Positions 40,326 through 50,985 of a DNA stretch of 64,000 bases are shown in pieces (positions within the stretch are counted from its first letter, which is position 1; each line of letters begins with the position of its first letter). The DNA lies in NCBI GenBank assembly GCA_963827235.1, contig CAWHAE010000012.1, positions 1,440,001-1,504,000 of the forward strand, in the 5' to 3' direction. This DNA comes from an uncultured bacterium. GTDB lineage: Bacteria > Chloroflexota > UBA5177 > JANWHV01. The translations under genes were made by a program, and so were the position numbers. Below the pieces are notes generated by a model. It was not told the origin of the DNA. It made no database searches and saw only the letters and a list, made by a program, of their open reading frames with translations.

Positions 40326-42389
40326 ATGGCGTGGTTCAGGAACCTCCGCATGACCCCGAAGTTGATCAGCAGTTTTGTCGCGATGGCGGTGCTGGTTGCC
40401 ATCGTGACCGGGGCAGGCTACCTCGGACTGCAGTCACAAGACACGCAGGTGGTTCATCTGAAGAATGTCTCGATCCCCAGCGTTGTCCACCTCCAGGACG
40501 TTCAAGCCGACGTGCTCAGGGTCGCCGCCTACTCCCAAGCCGGCGTCCTGGCCTCGGCGCAGGCCGACGTCAATATGTTCATCGACCACGCGGTGGCGGC
40601 ACAGACCCAGGCCGCAAAGGATTGGCAAGCTGCGATAGCGCTGCCATTCGATACCAATGACGAAGCGACGCTGGCCGGCCAGACGACCCCGCTGCTGCAG
40701 CAGTGGGCCGCCGTGGAGACGCAAGCCGAGCAGCTCACCCGCCAGAATACAGCCGCGTCCAAAGCCGAGGCGGGCCGCCTATCGTCTGGCCCGGGCAGGC
40801 TGGCGACGCTCGCGGTGGACACGAACGTAGACAAGATGCGGACGCTCTACCAAGCGGCCACGAGCCACACGGAGAACGCCGCCTCCAACGCCTATACAAC
40901 GGCGAGCACCGAGCTGCTGGTCGTGCTGCTGCTGGCCGTGCTCTGTGCTCTCGGTCTGGGCTGGTTCATCGCCCGATCGATCACGCGGCCGCTGGCCGAG
41001 GTCAAGGCTGCCGCGTCCAGCGTGCCCAACGTGTGCATGGTGGGCCTGGCCGATGGTATCACCGCCCTTTCCCGCGGCGACCTGACAGTGGAGGCGCACG
41101 CCAGCACAGAGCCGCCCACCTATACCAGCAAGGACGAGATCGGCGAGACAGCGGACGTGGTGCGGGCGATCATCGGCCGGGCTCAGACGGCGATAAGCGC
41201 CTACGAGCAGGCGCGCGCCGAGCTCGCGGCGACCATTGGCCAGGTAGCGCAGTCCTCCGAGCAGGTCTACACCGGCGCCGCACAGCTGGCGGAGGCAACG
41301 CAGCAGGTGGGACAGGCCAGCGCGCAGATCGCCAGAGCGATCGAAGACGTGGCGCGTGGTACCAGCGACCAGAGCCACAGCACCGGCGAGATCGCGGCCC
41401 AGATCATCGATCTCGCGCACAATGTCGACCAGGTGACGCAGGAGGCCGCGGCCTACCAGGCAGCAGTCGCCGAAGCCGGCACGGCGATGAGTGACGTGCA
41501 GCAGGCTCTAGGCAACGCCACACAGAGCGTATCGACCGTGGCGAGCGCCGCCAGCCGCGCGGCGACGACGGCCAAAGAGGGAGGCGCGGCCGTCGCCCAG
41601 ACCATCGCCAGTATCGACAGCGTGCGCAGCGCCGTGTTGAAGAGCGCGGAAAAAGTCACGGCGCTGGGCGAGCGCAGCCAGGAAGTCGGCCAGATCGTGG
41701 AGGCCATCGACGACATCGCCAGCCAGACCAATCTGCTGGCCCTGAACGCGGCCATCGAAGCCGCCCGGGCCGGGGAGCACGGCAAGGGCTTCACCGTGGT
41801 GGCCGCCGAGGTGCGCAAACTGGCAGAGCGATCGAGCGCGGAAACCAAGGAGATCACCCAGCGCATCAGCGCCATCCAGCAGCAGGTGGCGGAAGTGGTC
41901 CAGGCCATGGCGGTGGGCAGCGCCGAGGTCGAGAAGAGCGCAGGGCTCGGCCGCCAGGCCGGCGACGCGCTCAAGCAGATCTTGAGCGTGGTGGGGGAGA
42001 CCGCCACGCAGGCCACCTCGATCAGCGCGTCGGTGGACCAGATTGCGACGAGCCTGGTGGCGGTGGGTGCGGCCGCCGCGAGGGGCGGCATAGCGGGCGA
42101 GCGAACCACCGAGGCGGCGGGGAGGATGCGCGGAAGCACCACCCGTATCGAGGGTGCCGTGGGAGACGTGGCGTCGATCAGCGAGCAAACGGCGGCGGGC
42201 GCCGAGGAGGTCAGCGCCTCTACCGAAGAGCAGAGCGCGAGCGTCGAGCAGATGAGCGCCGGCGCGCAGGAGCTGGCGGCGCTGGCCACGGGGCTCAAAG
42301 AGCTGGTGGAGCACTTCACCCTGGAGGTGGCCGTCGCGGCGCCCCAGTCCGCGGCCAAGTCGAGCGCCCGCAATTTGCGGGCAGTCTGA
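40326..42389 (+). CDS. Methyl-accepting chemotaxis protein
   Basis: Two TM segments flanking a helical sensor, HAMP (ITRPL..DEIGE), signalling core [36 protein letters not shown]; AAAGGA RBS. Confidence 0.95.
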   Translation: MAWFRNLRMTPKLISSFVAMAVLVAIVTGAGYLGLQSQDTQVVHLKNVSIPSVVHLQDVQADVLRVAAYSQAGVLASAQADVNMFIDHAVAAQTQAAKDWQAAIALPFDTNDEATLAGQTTPLLQQWAAVETQAEQLTRQNTAASKAEAGRLSSGPGRLATLAVDTNVDKMRTLYQAATSHTENAASNAYTTASTELLVVLLLAVLCALGLGWFIARSITRPLAEVKAAASSVPNVCMVGLADGITALSRGDLTVEAHASTEPPTYTSKDEIGETADVVRAIIGRAQTAISAYEQARAELAATIGQVAQSSEQVYTGAAQLAEATQQVGQASAQIARAIEDVARGTSDQSHSTGEIAAQIIDLAHNVDQVTQEAAAYQAAVAEAGTAMSDVQQALGNATQSVSTVASAASRAATTAKEGGAAVAQTIASIDSVRSAVLKSAEKVTALGERSQEVGQIVEAIDDIASQTNLLALNAAIEAARAGEHGKGFTVVAAEVRKLAERSSAETKEITQRISAIQQQVAEVVQAMAVGSAEVEKSAGLGRQAGDALKQILSVVGETATQATSISASVDQIATSLVAVGAAAARGGIAGERTTEAAGRMRGSTTRIEGAVGDVASISEQTAAGAEEVSASTEEQSASVEQMSAGAQELAALATGLKELVEHFTLEVAVAAPQSAAKSSARNLRAV

Positions 42390-42423
42390 GGCAACGACAT
42401 CTCGAGCGCGCATGGCCTGGAGA

Positions 42424-42458
42424 CGGGCGGGCCCAGTGCGGGCCCGCCCGGCTTTCCC
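42424..42458 (+). terminator. Stem-loop after the MCP gene
   Basis: CGGGCGGGCCC-AGTGC-GGGCCCGCCCG followed by GCTTT. Confidence 0.55.
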
Positions 42459-42524
42459 AGGGATCGAGGGCAAGCGCCTTGACAGGCCGGGAGGCCATGC
42501 CGCTATACTTCCGGTCGGAACACA

Positions 42525-42640
42525 TCGCATCGCGTCACACATCGGTGGCACGTGGGGGAAGTCCGGTTCCATTCCGGCGCTGTCCCGCAACTGTACACCG
42601 GCCTCGTGCCGGCAAGCCAGGTCGCCCACGCCCACTGCAT
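42525..42640 (+). ncRNA. Cobalamin (B12) riboswitch
   Basis: GGGAAGTCCGGT..ATTCCGG.GCTGTCCCGCAACTGT ... AAGCCAG core; upstream of cobO. Confidence 0.85.
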
Positions 42641-42892
42641 GCCGTAGGCCCTCGCGAGAAGGGGCAAAGGCACGGTCAGTCGGCTTTGCCGGCTGTCCGA
42701 GCCTGGCGCAGTAGCTGAGTACTGCGACCAGGCTGTTTTGTCTGTGCTGTCTCCTCGCGGCATTGCAGGAGAGCAGCATGACAGACGATACGGACACTGT
42801 GACGTCCGGCGCGCCTGCCCGCCTTCCTCTGGCGGAGCCGCCGCACGCGCCGCCGTACCGAGATGCTTCCAACCAGAAGCCGCGGGACGGAG

Positions 42893-43082
42893 CTGCGACT
42901 GTGGTGGCATGGCAGCGCACGGGGCGACGTCGTGCCGCTTGTCTGGATCGTGCTCGAGGGCAACCTGCGACCGTGGTCGCATGGCAGCGCACGGGGCGAC
43001 GTCGTGCCGCTTGTCTGGATCGTGCTCGAGGGCAACCTGCGACCGTGGTCGCATGGCAGCGCACGGGGCGACTGCGGTCGCG
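42893..43082. repeat. 72-bp tandem repeat (about 2.6 units), REP-like double-hairpin family
   Basis: Units start at 42893, 42965, 43037 (CTGCGACCGTGGTCGCATGGCAGCGCACGGGGCGAC...). Confidence 0.9.
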
Positions 43083-43278
43083 GGCAAGCGACAGCCAGGT
43101 TCACGCCGCAACTACTTCTGGGAAGCATTTCGCCGATCGACTTCATCGGCTGCCGGCAGGCCCGGCGGGCGATCGGTGCGCCGCCTTCGTCGGGGAGCGC
43201 CGGAGCGCGGCTGCCCCGGTGTGGGATGGCGGCAAACACCCGGTCGCGTGCGTGCCGAAAGGGGAAAGGTAGGAGGTC

Positions 43279-43926
43279 ATGGCCGACATCGTGCACGAGG
43301 AGAAAGCGGAGTGCCTCACCGCAGCAGATTGTGAGCCGGCTGCACCCGGCGCGGCCCGCGACCGGATCAAGCCAGCAGGCGCGAAGCCGGTCGAACGGCA
43401 GGGCAAGAAGGGACTGGTGATCGTCAATACCGGGGACGGCAAAGGCAAGTCGACGGCGGCGTTCGGAGTGATGACCAGGGCCTGGGGACGCGGCATGCGC
43501 GTGTGCGTGCTGCAATTCATGAAGAACGAGCACGCGCACTTCGGCGAGACACGCGCGGCATGCAAGATGGGCATCGAGATGACCGCCATGGGCGACGGCT
43601 TTAGCTGGCAGTCGCGTGACAGAGACGAGACGGCGGCAAAGGCGCGTCACGGCTGGAGCCGAGCGCAGGAGAAGATCCTCTCAGGCCGGTACGATCTGAT
43701 CATCCTCGACGAGCTGACCTATGCCTTTACGTTTGGCTGGCTGGACGTCGAGGAGGTCGTGGGCTGGCTGCGCGAGAACAAGCCCGCCATGTTGCACGTG
43801 GTGATCACGGGGCGCGGCGCGCCGCGCGAGCTGATCGCCTACGCCGACCTGGTGACGGAGATGCGCCAGATCAAGCACCCGTTCGCCGACCAGCACATCC
43901 ATGCGCAGGCGGGGATCGAGTACTGA
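43279..43926 (+). CDS. cobO: Cob(I)yrinic acid a,c-diamide adenosyltransferase
   Basis: [57 protein letters not shown]...AQAGIEY; AGGAGG RBS. Confidence 0.95.
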   Translation: MADIVHEEKAECLTAADCEPAAPGAARDRIKPAGAKPVERQGKKGLVIVNTGDGKGKSTAAFGVMTRAWGRGMRVCVLQFMKNEHAHFGETRAACKMGIEMTAMGDGFSWQSRDRDETAAKARHGWSRAQEKILSGRYDLIILDELTYAFTFGWLDVEEVVGWLRENKPAMLHVVITGRGAPRELIAYADLVTEMRQIKHPFADQHIHAQAGIEY

Positions 43927-44083
43927 GCCGGGGCGCAACCATCAGCACGGTCAAGATGGAATTTGCCGTAACCCGACAAGGAGAAACCGCTACGCTCGCG
44001 CATGCTATCATGGCGACGGGTCCGTGCGGGCCCTCCTCCACCAGCTACGGGTGCCTTCTCAATTCGCAAGGGGGTTTTGCACA

Positions 44084-45442
44084 ATGCCTCGCCGGCCTGG
44101 GTCGTATACTCGCGCGTGCGTCACGGCGGTGATTCTTCTCATCTCGCTGCTACCGATCGCCTCGCCTCGAGCGTCGGCGGCGTCCGACCGGCAGACCGGC
44201 GGTGACTGGACCATGTACCACGCCGATCCGGCGCGCAGCGGCTACGTGGCGGGCGTACCCGATCCGGCGCACCTCACGACCGCGTGGACCACGGCACTCG
44301 ATGGAGCGGTCTACGCGGAGCCCCTGGTAGTGGGCGGCAACGTGCTCGTGGTCACGGAACACGACTCGTTCTACTCGCTCGACGCCCAGACCGGAAAAGT
44401 GGTCTGGCGTGTCACGGTGGGGACCCCGGTGCCGGAATCCGGGCTGCCATGCGGGGACATATTCCCGCTCGGCATCACCGGCACGCCGGTGTACGATCCG
44501 CGCACGGGGCTAATCTTCGCCGTCGCGGAGGTCACCGGCCCTGCCCATATCCTGTTCGGCATCGACGCCAAGACGGGGCGAGTCAAAGTGCGGCGCTCGG
44601 TGGATGCGGCGGGCACGGATCCGGCGCCGATGCAGGAGCGGGGTGCCCTGGCGCTGGCCGGAAACACGGTCTACGTGGCGTACGGCGGGCTGACCGGCGA
44701 CTGCGGCGACTACCACGGCACGGTAGTGGGCACGCGTACCGACGGAACGGGAGCGTTGCTCAGCTACCGGGTGCCGACCCCGCGAGAGGGCGGCATCTGG
44801 TCTACCCCGGGTCCGGTCATGGATAGCAAGGGCAACCTCTACGTCAGCGTCGGCAACGGCTCCGTGACTCAGGGGAACTGGGATCGCACCGACTCCATAT
44901 TGCGGCTGTCGCCCACTCTGCAGCTCGAGGACGCCTTTGCACCGGCCACCTGGCAGCACGACAACGCGTCGGACGCCGACCTGGGATCCATGGGACCCGT
45001 GCTGCTGCCCAACGGCCTGCTCTATGCCAACGGGAAGTCGGGCCATGGCTACCTGCTGCATGCGGACCACCTGGGAGGCATAGGCGGCCAGATCCAGACC
45101 ATCACGACGTGCGGATCGTACGGCGGCTCCGCCGTGCAAGGCCAGTCGCTGTACATCCCCTGCGCGGACAGGGTGCGCCAGCTCAAGGTCACCGCCGGCC
45201 CGCGGCTGGTCGTGGGCTGGCTGGCGCCCAACGCGGTCACCGGCTCACCGGTGATCGGGGGCCAGACCGTGTACACGCTCAATCCGGGGGCAGGAACGCT
45301 TTACGCGCTGAATGCCGCCACCGGCGCGGTGCGCGCCACGGTCGCGGTCGGCGTCTCGTCGCGTTTCGCGACGCCGTCGATCTCCGGCACCACGCTGTTT
45401 GTCGGCACCATGCAGGGAATCACCGCGGTACGCATCGGCTGA
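44084..45442 (+). CDS. Secreted PQQ-like beta-propeller protein
   Basis: Signal peptide; DWTMYH.D..RSG, LDGAVYAEPL, CGDI.PLGITGTPV, GGIWS, DADLGS motifs. Confidence 0.85.
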   Translation: MPRRPGSYTRACVTAVILLISLLPIASPRASAASDRQTGGDWTMYHADPARSGYVAGVPDPAHLTTAWTTALDGAVYAEPLVVGGNVLVVTEHDSFYSLDAQTGKVVWRVTVGTPVPESGLPCGDIFPLGITGTPVYDPRTGLIFAVAEVTGPAHILFGIDAKTGRVKVRRSVDAAGTDPAPMQERGALALAGNTVYVAYGGLTGDCGDYHGTVVGTRTDGTGALLSYRVPTPREGGIWSTPGPVMDSKGNLYVSVGNGSVTQGNWDRTDSILRLSPTLQLEDAFAPATWQHDNASDADLGSMGPVLLPNGLLYANGKSGHGYLLHADHLGGIGGQIQTITTCGSYGGSAVQGQSLYIPCADRVRQLKVTAGPRLVVGWLAPNAVTGSPVIGGQTVYTLNPGAGTLYALNAATGAVRATVAVGVSSRFATPSISGTTLFVGTMQGITAVRIG

Positions 45443-45454
45443 GGCGGGCGCGGG

Positions 45455-45660
45455 AATAGCAGCCTCCAGCCGCGGCGAGGATGGCAGGGGCAATGGTAGC
45501 CTCCTGCTGCGGCAGCATGGCAGGGCACGGGCCGGCCGGGGTACCCACCGCAGTGGGTCGCGGTTGTGGTAGGGCGGGGGACGGCAGCCTGCGATTGCGA
45601 TCGCATGGCAGCAGAGGGGGGACTGCGGTCCCGCGGGGCACGGTAGCCTCCCGCTGCGGT
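45455..45660. repeat. REP-like hairpin cluster
   Basis: GGTAGCCTCC.GCTGCGG copies and CTGCGATTGCGATCGCATGGCAGCAGAGGGGGGACTGCGGTCCC, shared with 52678..52801. Confidence 0.75.
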
Positions 45661-45699
45661 CGGCTGGCGGGGGACGGGCCGTCCGGGGAACCTGCCGCA

Positions 45700-46121
45700 G
45701 TGGATCGCGGAGGTAGGGCGGGAGCGGCCGGTTCCGATGGCTCGTCGAGTGGCGAATTCGCTTTGCAGTTTTTGCTGTGCTCTGCCGTGCGGATGATGGC
45801 AGCGCCAGCGGGAGCGGCAGTGCCCTCAGAGCGCGAATTCGTTTCGCAATTTTCGTGGTGCTCTGCCGCGCGGATGACGGCAGCGCCGGCGGGAGCGGCA
45901 GTGCCCTCAGGGCGCGAATTCGTTTCGCAATTTTCGTGGTGCTCTGCCGCGCGGCGCTCGGCAGGGACCTCTGCCAACTCGCGCCTGGTGCGCTGGATCT
46001 CCCGCGAGAGGTGCGCTTCGTAGCGCGCCAGCCGCTCCAGCACGCGCAGGTCGGCCGGCCCGTGCGTGGCCGCCACCACGCCGATCTCCTGGTCGGACCG
46101 GGCTCGGGCCAGCGCCGACAC
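45700..46121 (-). pseudogene. Probable remnant of a hypothetical protein (L.RYE..L.R...R...EL ... NCETN)
   Basis: LERLARYEAHLSREIQRTRRELAEV helix followed by repeated ENCETNS; no clear start. Confidence 0.4.
45752..45954. repeat. 81-bp tandem repeat (about 2.5 units)
   Basis: GCGAATTCG at 45752, 45833, 45914; minus strand encodes AAEHHENCETNSRxEGTAAPAGAAxIR. Confidence 0.9.
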
Positions 46122-46451
46122 CGCCTCCCCCGCCCGCAGCAGCGCACCGGTTGGACCAGTCGCCTGAATGGCGGCACGGTAGCGGTGGGTGACCCTGCCG
46201 TGGGTACCCAGAAACGCAGGTGACGCAGATGGGACGAGATGACGCAGATGGTGCGCGCGGCATACCTCGTCAGAGGATGGGGGCTCTCCGGCACAGTTGG
46301 TGCTCGAGCTGAGCCCGCTGACGTGGCGAGCAGGACGCGAATTTGGATGCGAGCCGACGCGAGGGCCTTGCGGATAGGCTCAGGAGCTCAGGCTCGCGGC
46401 GGGTCGACCGGCGTTCGGGGAAGGCTCGGTGCGGTTGCGGGGTGTGTTTGG

Positions 46452-47171
46452 TCAGCGTTTGGCGCGGGCCTCGGCGACAATGGCGCGGGTTCCTTGCGTG
46501 GATGGGTCGCCGTGGCCGAAGTAGAGAGTTCGAGCGTCCAGCTCCTCGATCCTGGACAGCGATTCGTATGCCTGGTTGGTGGAGGTGTTGGCGGTCCGAG
46601 GAGCGAGGTGCGCGCCGGGCCGTCCGGTGACGATGTCGAGGTTGTTGATGGCGTCTCCGACGAACAAGGCGTCCTCGAATGGGGCGTAGAGGACGCAGTG
46701 GCCCTCGGTATGCCCGGGGGTGTGAATCACGCGCAGTCGTCCCGGCACGTCGAGCTCGTCGCCGTCGTCGAAAGGGATGACCTCCGGGACCCTGGACTGT
46801 TTGAATCCTCCGTTGGCGATCGTGTGGCGCAGCGCGCGGCGGCTGCGGGCGTGCTTGAGCATCGCGAGCATGGCCAGCGGCGATCCCTCGGCATGCTTGA
46901 ACTTGCCCTGCCGGGTACGCTCGCCGTCTGCTCGGTGGACGTAGACCGGGATTCCGTGCCTCTGTTGCAGATCGCCGGCGAATCCGACGTGGTCGGGGTC
47001 GGCGTGGGTCAGGACGATCGCTTTGACGTCGTCGATCGAGCGGCCCATTTCGGCCAGGGCGGGCTCCAGGGTGTCGCGGTATCCGCTCAGGCCGGCGTCG
47101 ACGAGGGTGACTTCGCCGTCTTGCTCGAGCAGGAAGAAGTGCCCGAATTCCGTTCCCAGCGTGCGGATCAT
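46452..47171 (-). CDS. Metallo-beta-lactamase-fold hydrolase
   Basis: LVDAG, THADPDHVG, HTPGHTEGH, FVGD, FGHG; CAGGAGG RBS. Confidence 0.9.
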   Translation of the reverse strand: MIRTLGTEFGHFFLLEQDGEVTLVDAGLSGYRDTLEPALAEMGRSIDDVKAIVLTHADPDHVGFAGDLQQRHGIPVYVHRADGERTRQGKFKHAEGSPLAMLAMLKHARSRRALRHTIANGGFKQSRVPEVIPFDDGDELDVPGRLRVIHTPGHTEGHCVLYAPFEDALFVGDAINNLDIVTGRPGAHLAPRTANTSTNQAYESLSRIEELDARTLYFGHGDPSTQGTRAIVAEARAKR

Positions 47172-47217
47172 CGGCGGGGCCTCCTGGGTGAGCCGGAACG
47201 GGTCGCGGTTGTCGAGC

Positions 47218-47658
47218 TCATAGCGGTCTCCTGTTGGTCTGTAGTCGGGTGAGGATCTCGTCAAGCCGGGCGAGGTCATCGGGGTCCAGGTCGGTCAGTA
47301 CGGAGGGTGGCTCGTCGAGGATCGCCCGGCCGCGTTGGGCCGCGTCGCGTCCGGCGTCGGTGAGGTGCACGAGCTTGCGGCGGTTGTCGTCGGGGTGGGG
47401 GGTGCGATAGACCAGGCCTCGCGCTTCGAGCTTGTCCACGCCGACGGTCGCGGCCGGCGGGTCGACGTCGAAGGCGCGTACGATGTCTCGCAGGGTCATC
47501 GGACCGCCGGCGAGCTTGATCAGCAGCTCGACCTTCGCGGGCCCGAGATCGAGGGCGGCGCGGAGGGCACGCCGGCGGTCCTGTCCGGCGACGAACTCAT
47601 GCAGGGCGATCCACACCCGGGATGCGGTGTCTGGCGGCGTGGCGGATCGGGTGCTCAT
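47218..47658 (-). CDS. MarR-family transcriptional regulator
   Basis: VDKLEARGLVYR.PHPDDNRRKLVHLTDAG; overlaps the MFS stop (ATGA). Confidence 0.9.
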   Translation of the reverse strand: MSTRSATPPDTASRVWIALHEFVAGQDRRRALRAALDLGPAKVELLIKLAGGPMTLRDIVRAFDVDPPAATVGVDKLEARGLVYRTPHPDDNRRKLVHLTDAGRDAAQRGRAILDEPPSVLTDLDPDDLARLDEILTRLQTNRRPL

Positions 47659-49115
47659 CGGGCTCCTTCCGGGGCGGGGCCCCTGATAGTGGCCAGGCGC
47701 GCGCCGTTTCGATCGGCGGTCGCCAGGGCCCAGCGTCCGGTCGAGGCGATGCCGAGCAGCATGACCATCACGCCACAGCCGGCCACCACCGCCCACGCCG
47801 CGTGGCTGGCGTACACGAAGCCGGCCGAGCCGGCGGCGATGATCGCGCCGGTGACCGCGACGCCGAGTGCCGCGCCGGTCTGGCGACAGGTGGAGGCGAT
47901 GGCGCCGGCGACGCCAGCCTGGTCTCGGGGCATGCCCGAGAGCGCGGTGTTGGTGATCGGGGCGGTGACCAGGCCCGACCCGGCACCGAAGACGAGGTAG
48001 GCGACGACCAGATACCACACGGCGGTGTGCGCGCCGACACCGACCAAGAGGATCGCGCCCACGGCGATCAGCACTCCGGACAGGATCAGCGCGGGCCTCG
48101 GTCCGCGGCCGGCCACCAATCGCCCTGAGACGGTGGAGAACACGCCGGCCATCGCGGCCATCGGGATGGTGAGCAATCCGGCGTGCAGCGCGCTGTAGCC
48201 GCGGACGTCCTGCAGATAGAGCGTGTTGAGGAACAGAAAGCCGCCCGTGGTGGCGAGCGCGACCACCCCGATCAGCGCCGCGCCCGAGAACGGCACGCTG
48301 CGGAAATACCGCATGTCGATCAACGGCTCACGCCGCCGGGACTCGAGCACGACCAGCACGATCGCCGCGAGCACGGCAACCGCGAACAGGGCGACGATCG
48401 GCGCCGAGCCCCAGCCGCTGCGTGGCCCTTCGATGATCCCGGCGGTCAGGCAGCCCAGCAGGGCGATGACCAGCAGCTGACCGGGAGGGTCAAGCCGCCG
48501 GGGCTGCTCGGACCGCGACTCGGGCACGAACCGTTGCGTGAGCGCGATCGCGATCAGGCCGACGGGAACGTTGATCCAGAAGATCGAACGCCAGCCGATC
48601 CCACTGACCAGCAGGCCCCCGAGCACCGGGCCGCCGGCGAGGCTGAGTCCGGCCACCGATCCCCACATGCCGATCGCCTTCGCGCGACCGGCGCGGTCGG
48701 TGAACGTGTTGGCGATGATCGACATTGCCACGGGGTTGAGCATCGACCCGCCGAGGGCCTGCAGGCCGCGAAAGGCGATCAGCCAGCCGAGCGACGGAGC
48801 CAGGCTGCACAGCAACGACCCGAGCGAGAACGCCGCCAGCCCGATCTGAAAGACCCGGCGGCGGCCGAAGCGGTCCGCGAGCGAGCCCGAGAGCATGAGC
48901 AGGCAGGCAATAACGAGGGTGTAGGCATCGATCGTCCACTGCAGACCGCTCACCGACGCGTGCAGAGCGCCCTGGATCGACGGCAAGGCGACGTTGACGA
49001 TCGTCACGTCGAGGCCCGCGATGAACACGCTCAGACAGCACGTGGCCAGCACCACGGAACGGCGCCGTGCCTCACGATCAGCACGAGACAGGGAGATCAC
49101 CTCTGTCATAGACAT
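47655..49115 (-). CDS. DHA2 (EmrB/QacA-type) MFS efflux transporter
   Basis: LDVTIVNVALPSI, GSLADRFGRRR, W.SIFWINVPVG, many TM segments. Confidence 0.93.
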   Translation of the reverse strand: MSMTEVISLSRADREARRRSVVLATCCLSVFIAGLDVTIVNVALPSIQGALHASVSGLQWTIDAYTLVIACLLMLSGSLADRFGRRRVFQIGLAAFSLGSLLCSLAPSLGWLIAFRGLQALGGSMLNPVAMSIIANTFTDRAGRAKAIGMWGSVAGLSLAGGPVLGGLLVSGIGWRSIFWINVPVGLIAIALTQRFVPESRSEQPRRLDPPGQLLVIALLGCLTAGIIEGPRSGWGSAPIVALFAVAVLAAIVLVVLESRRREPLIDMRYFRSVPFSGAALIGVVALATTGGFLFLNTLYLQDVRGYSALHAGLLTIPMAAMAGVFSTVSGRLVAGRGPRPALILSGVLIAVGAILLVGVGAHTAVWYLVVAYLVFGAGSGLVTAPITNTALSGMPRDQAGVAGAIASTCRQTGAALGVAVTGAIIAAGSAGFVYASHAAWAVVAGCGVMVMLLGIASTGRWALATADRNGARLATIRGPAPEGAR

Positions 49116-49149
49116 TGTTGTACCACAAACATTGTTGTAGCACAACAAC
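49113..49149. promoter_or_regulatory. Probable MarR operator (tandem palindromes)
   Basis: TTGTTGT-AGC-ACAACAA at 49132..49148 plus imperfect TTGTTGT-ACC-ACAAACA overlapping the MFS start. Confidence 0.7.
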
Positions 49150-49184
49150 CAAATTGGGGAGCCGGCGGTGCGCAGCGGCCATTG

Positions 49185-49560
49185 CCTGCGAGCGTCGTCA
49201 TCTCGTCGAAGGGGACGATGCCGTCCGTCTCGTCGCAGCGATGGAACAGCTTGGCGCGGCGTGTGTCCCAGGCGGCGGAGCAGCAGAGCGCGCCGCGTCC
49301 GGCGTATTGGTGCTCGACGCGCCGGCCACGCCTGGCGGCGGGCGTGGCGCCCCGCGTGGTGTGCCGACGCGCCCGGGCCTGGATCGAGGGCTTCTCATCG
49401 CGGCAGACGACGTGGTCGCGCGGGTGCAGCAGCTCGCCGTCCCAGGGGCCGGCATGCAGGTCCAGGAACGCGCCAGCGACTCCAGCACTGCTCGCTCCTC
49501 GGCAGACGGCTCGATCCGATAGGGGCTATGACAAGGCATCAACGTCCCTCCACGAGACGA
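49185..49560 (-). mobile_element. IS630-like transposase scar
   Basis: RBS + MPCHSPYRIEPSAEERAVLESLARS resembles IS630 transposase N-termini and then breaks off; no DDE domain. Confidence 0.45.
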
Positions 49561-49647
49561 TAGGATGCCATGAACGCTACGACCCCGCCCAGACGCTACC
49601 ACGTAGCCTTCTTTATGAAAGGAGCACGTAGGGTTAGGGTTGCCCTG

Positions 49648-50079
49648 CTAGCGAACGGGCGCCGTCAATGCGTTCCAGGCTGCGAGCGAGTCCATGTAGT
49701 CTCTCCAGTGCGCGATCTTTCGGTTTTCGATCGTGATGATGGAGCAAAACCGATTGTCGTACTTCACGCCAGTGGCGAGGATGGTTCCATGGACTTCATA
49801 TTCGATGACAACACGGCCGTCGTCTGTTCTGTGGGTAATCAGGTTATCGGCAGATTGAAGCTCGATGGTATCGCCATAGCCGCTGAACTGGGCCATGAGA
49901 TCGACGCGTCCCTGGACAACGCGAGGCCAACCGGGGAAGTCGTAGAGAACCTCGTAGACGACGTCGCCGGCGACGATGTCGAAGAAATGCTCGCCATCGA
50001 CGAGGTCGCCCAGCGCCCCTCGAACGAGATCGAAGTAGGGCCTCGCGGCCTCGTAGGCAGTGTATGCCGGATTCGCCAT
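49648..50079 (-). CDS. NTF2/SnoaL-like family protein (may extend to 50271 with a ClpX-type Zn finger)
   Basis: D.VYE..YDFPGWP....GR..., VVIEYEVHG...TG..YDNRFCSIITIENRKIAHWRDYMD. Confidence 0.85.
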   Translation of the reverse strand: MANPAYTAYEAARPYFDLVRGALGDLVDGEHFFDIVAGDVVYEVLYDFPGWPRVVQGRVDLMAQFSGYGDTIELQSADNLITHRTDDGRVVIEYEVHGTILATGVKYDNRFCSIITIENRKIAHWRDYMDSLAAWNALTAPVR

Positions 50080-50536
50080 GCTCAGCACTCCGAGCGCTTC
50101 GTACGGATACTTATAAAAGGAGATCTCCGTATGTAGTGTAGAGTGCCAGCGCATCCGCGCATCCGCAACGCGCACGCGGAGGCAGCGCCGGCAAATGGCA
50201 CCTTCTCGGCCATGCACCAGCACGCCGGTACGCACCTCATGTTCGCCGCAGAATAGGCAGTGGTCGATCATCGTCCCTGCGTGAGGGCGGCGAGCCGCGG
50301 AACAGATAGCCGTAGGTCTAGAAACGCGCAGCGCCCCGAGCCGTGAACAGACATGCCGGCTCGGGGCACTCAGCCCGTTCTCGCGCCGGGCATACGTCTA
50401 TGATCGAACAGCTGAGGACGCTCGTCAGCGGGGATATGCGGACTCGCACGAATACCGGGATTTCCCATAGGTCGTGCGGCCGCGAAGACCTATACTGCGG
50501 TCAAGCTATTGGCGAGACCGCGGGCGGGAACCATAC

Positions 50537-50926
50537 GTGATAGTCAAAGAGCTCGACCCACGAGCGTTCCTGCTGGAGCGTCATTCGCCGCTAGTCCGTT
50601 CGGCGCCTGCCAGCGCGCCTAGCGTGTCCGGGTCAACGTCCCGCCCACCCGCCGGAAACACAGCAATGCACGCTGCCTCGGTTTGCACCCGGTGCGGCGG
50701 AAGTAACCTCCTGCTGGACTACCGTTACAACTTCTTCTGGCGTTGCGCGAGCTGTCATGGCGCGACGCCACTCGTCCTGCGCTGCCCGGATTGTGGTTCC
50801 GAGTACGGCAAGATCCTTCGCGAGCATACGGTGCACGTACGTGGCTCAGCCTACTTGCGGTGCGGGTGCGGGCGCATGATCCAGCTCCATGGGCACGCGA
50901 CGGCGGCGGGAGCGAGTAGTCGCTGA
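50537..50926 (+). CDS. Small multi-zinc-ribbon protein
   Basis: CTRC, CASC, CPDC, CGCG Cys clusters. Confidence 0.55.
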   Translation: MIVKELDPRAFLLERHSPLVRSAPASAPSVSGSTSRPPAGNTAMHAASVCTRCGGSNLLLDYRYNFFWRCASCHGATPLVLRCPDCGSEYGKILREHTVHVRGSAYLRCGCGRMIQLHGHATAAGASSR

Positions 50927-50985
50927 GGCTCGGAGCATGGCGTCGCGTCCGGCATCGGACGCACGTTGGCTGCGAATCTCGGTGA

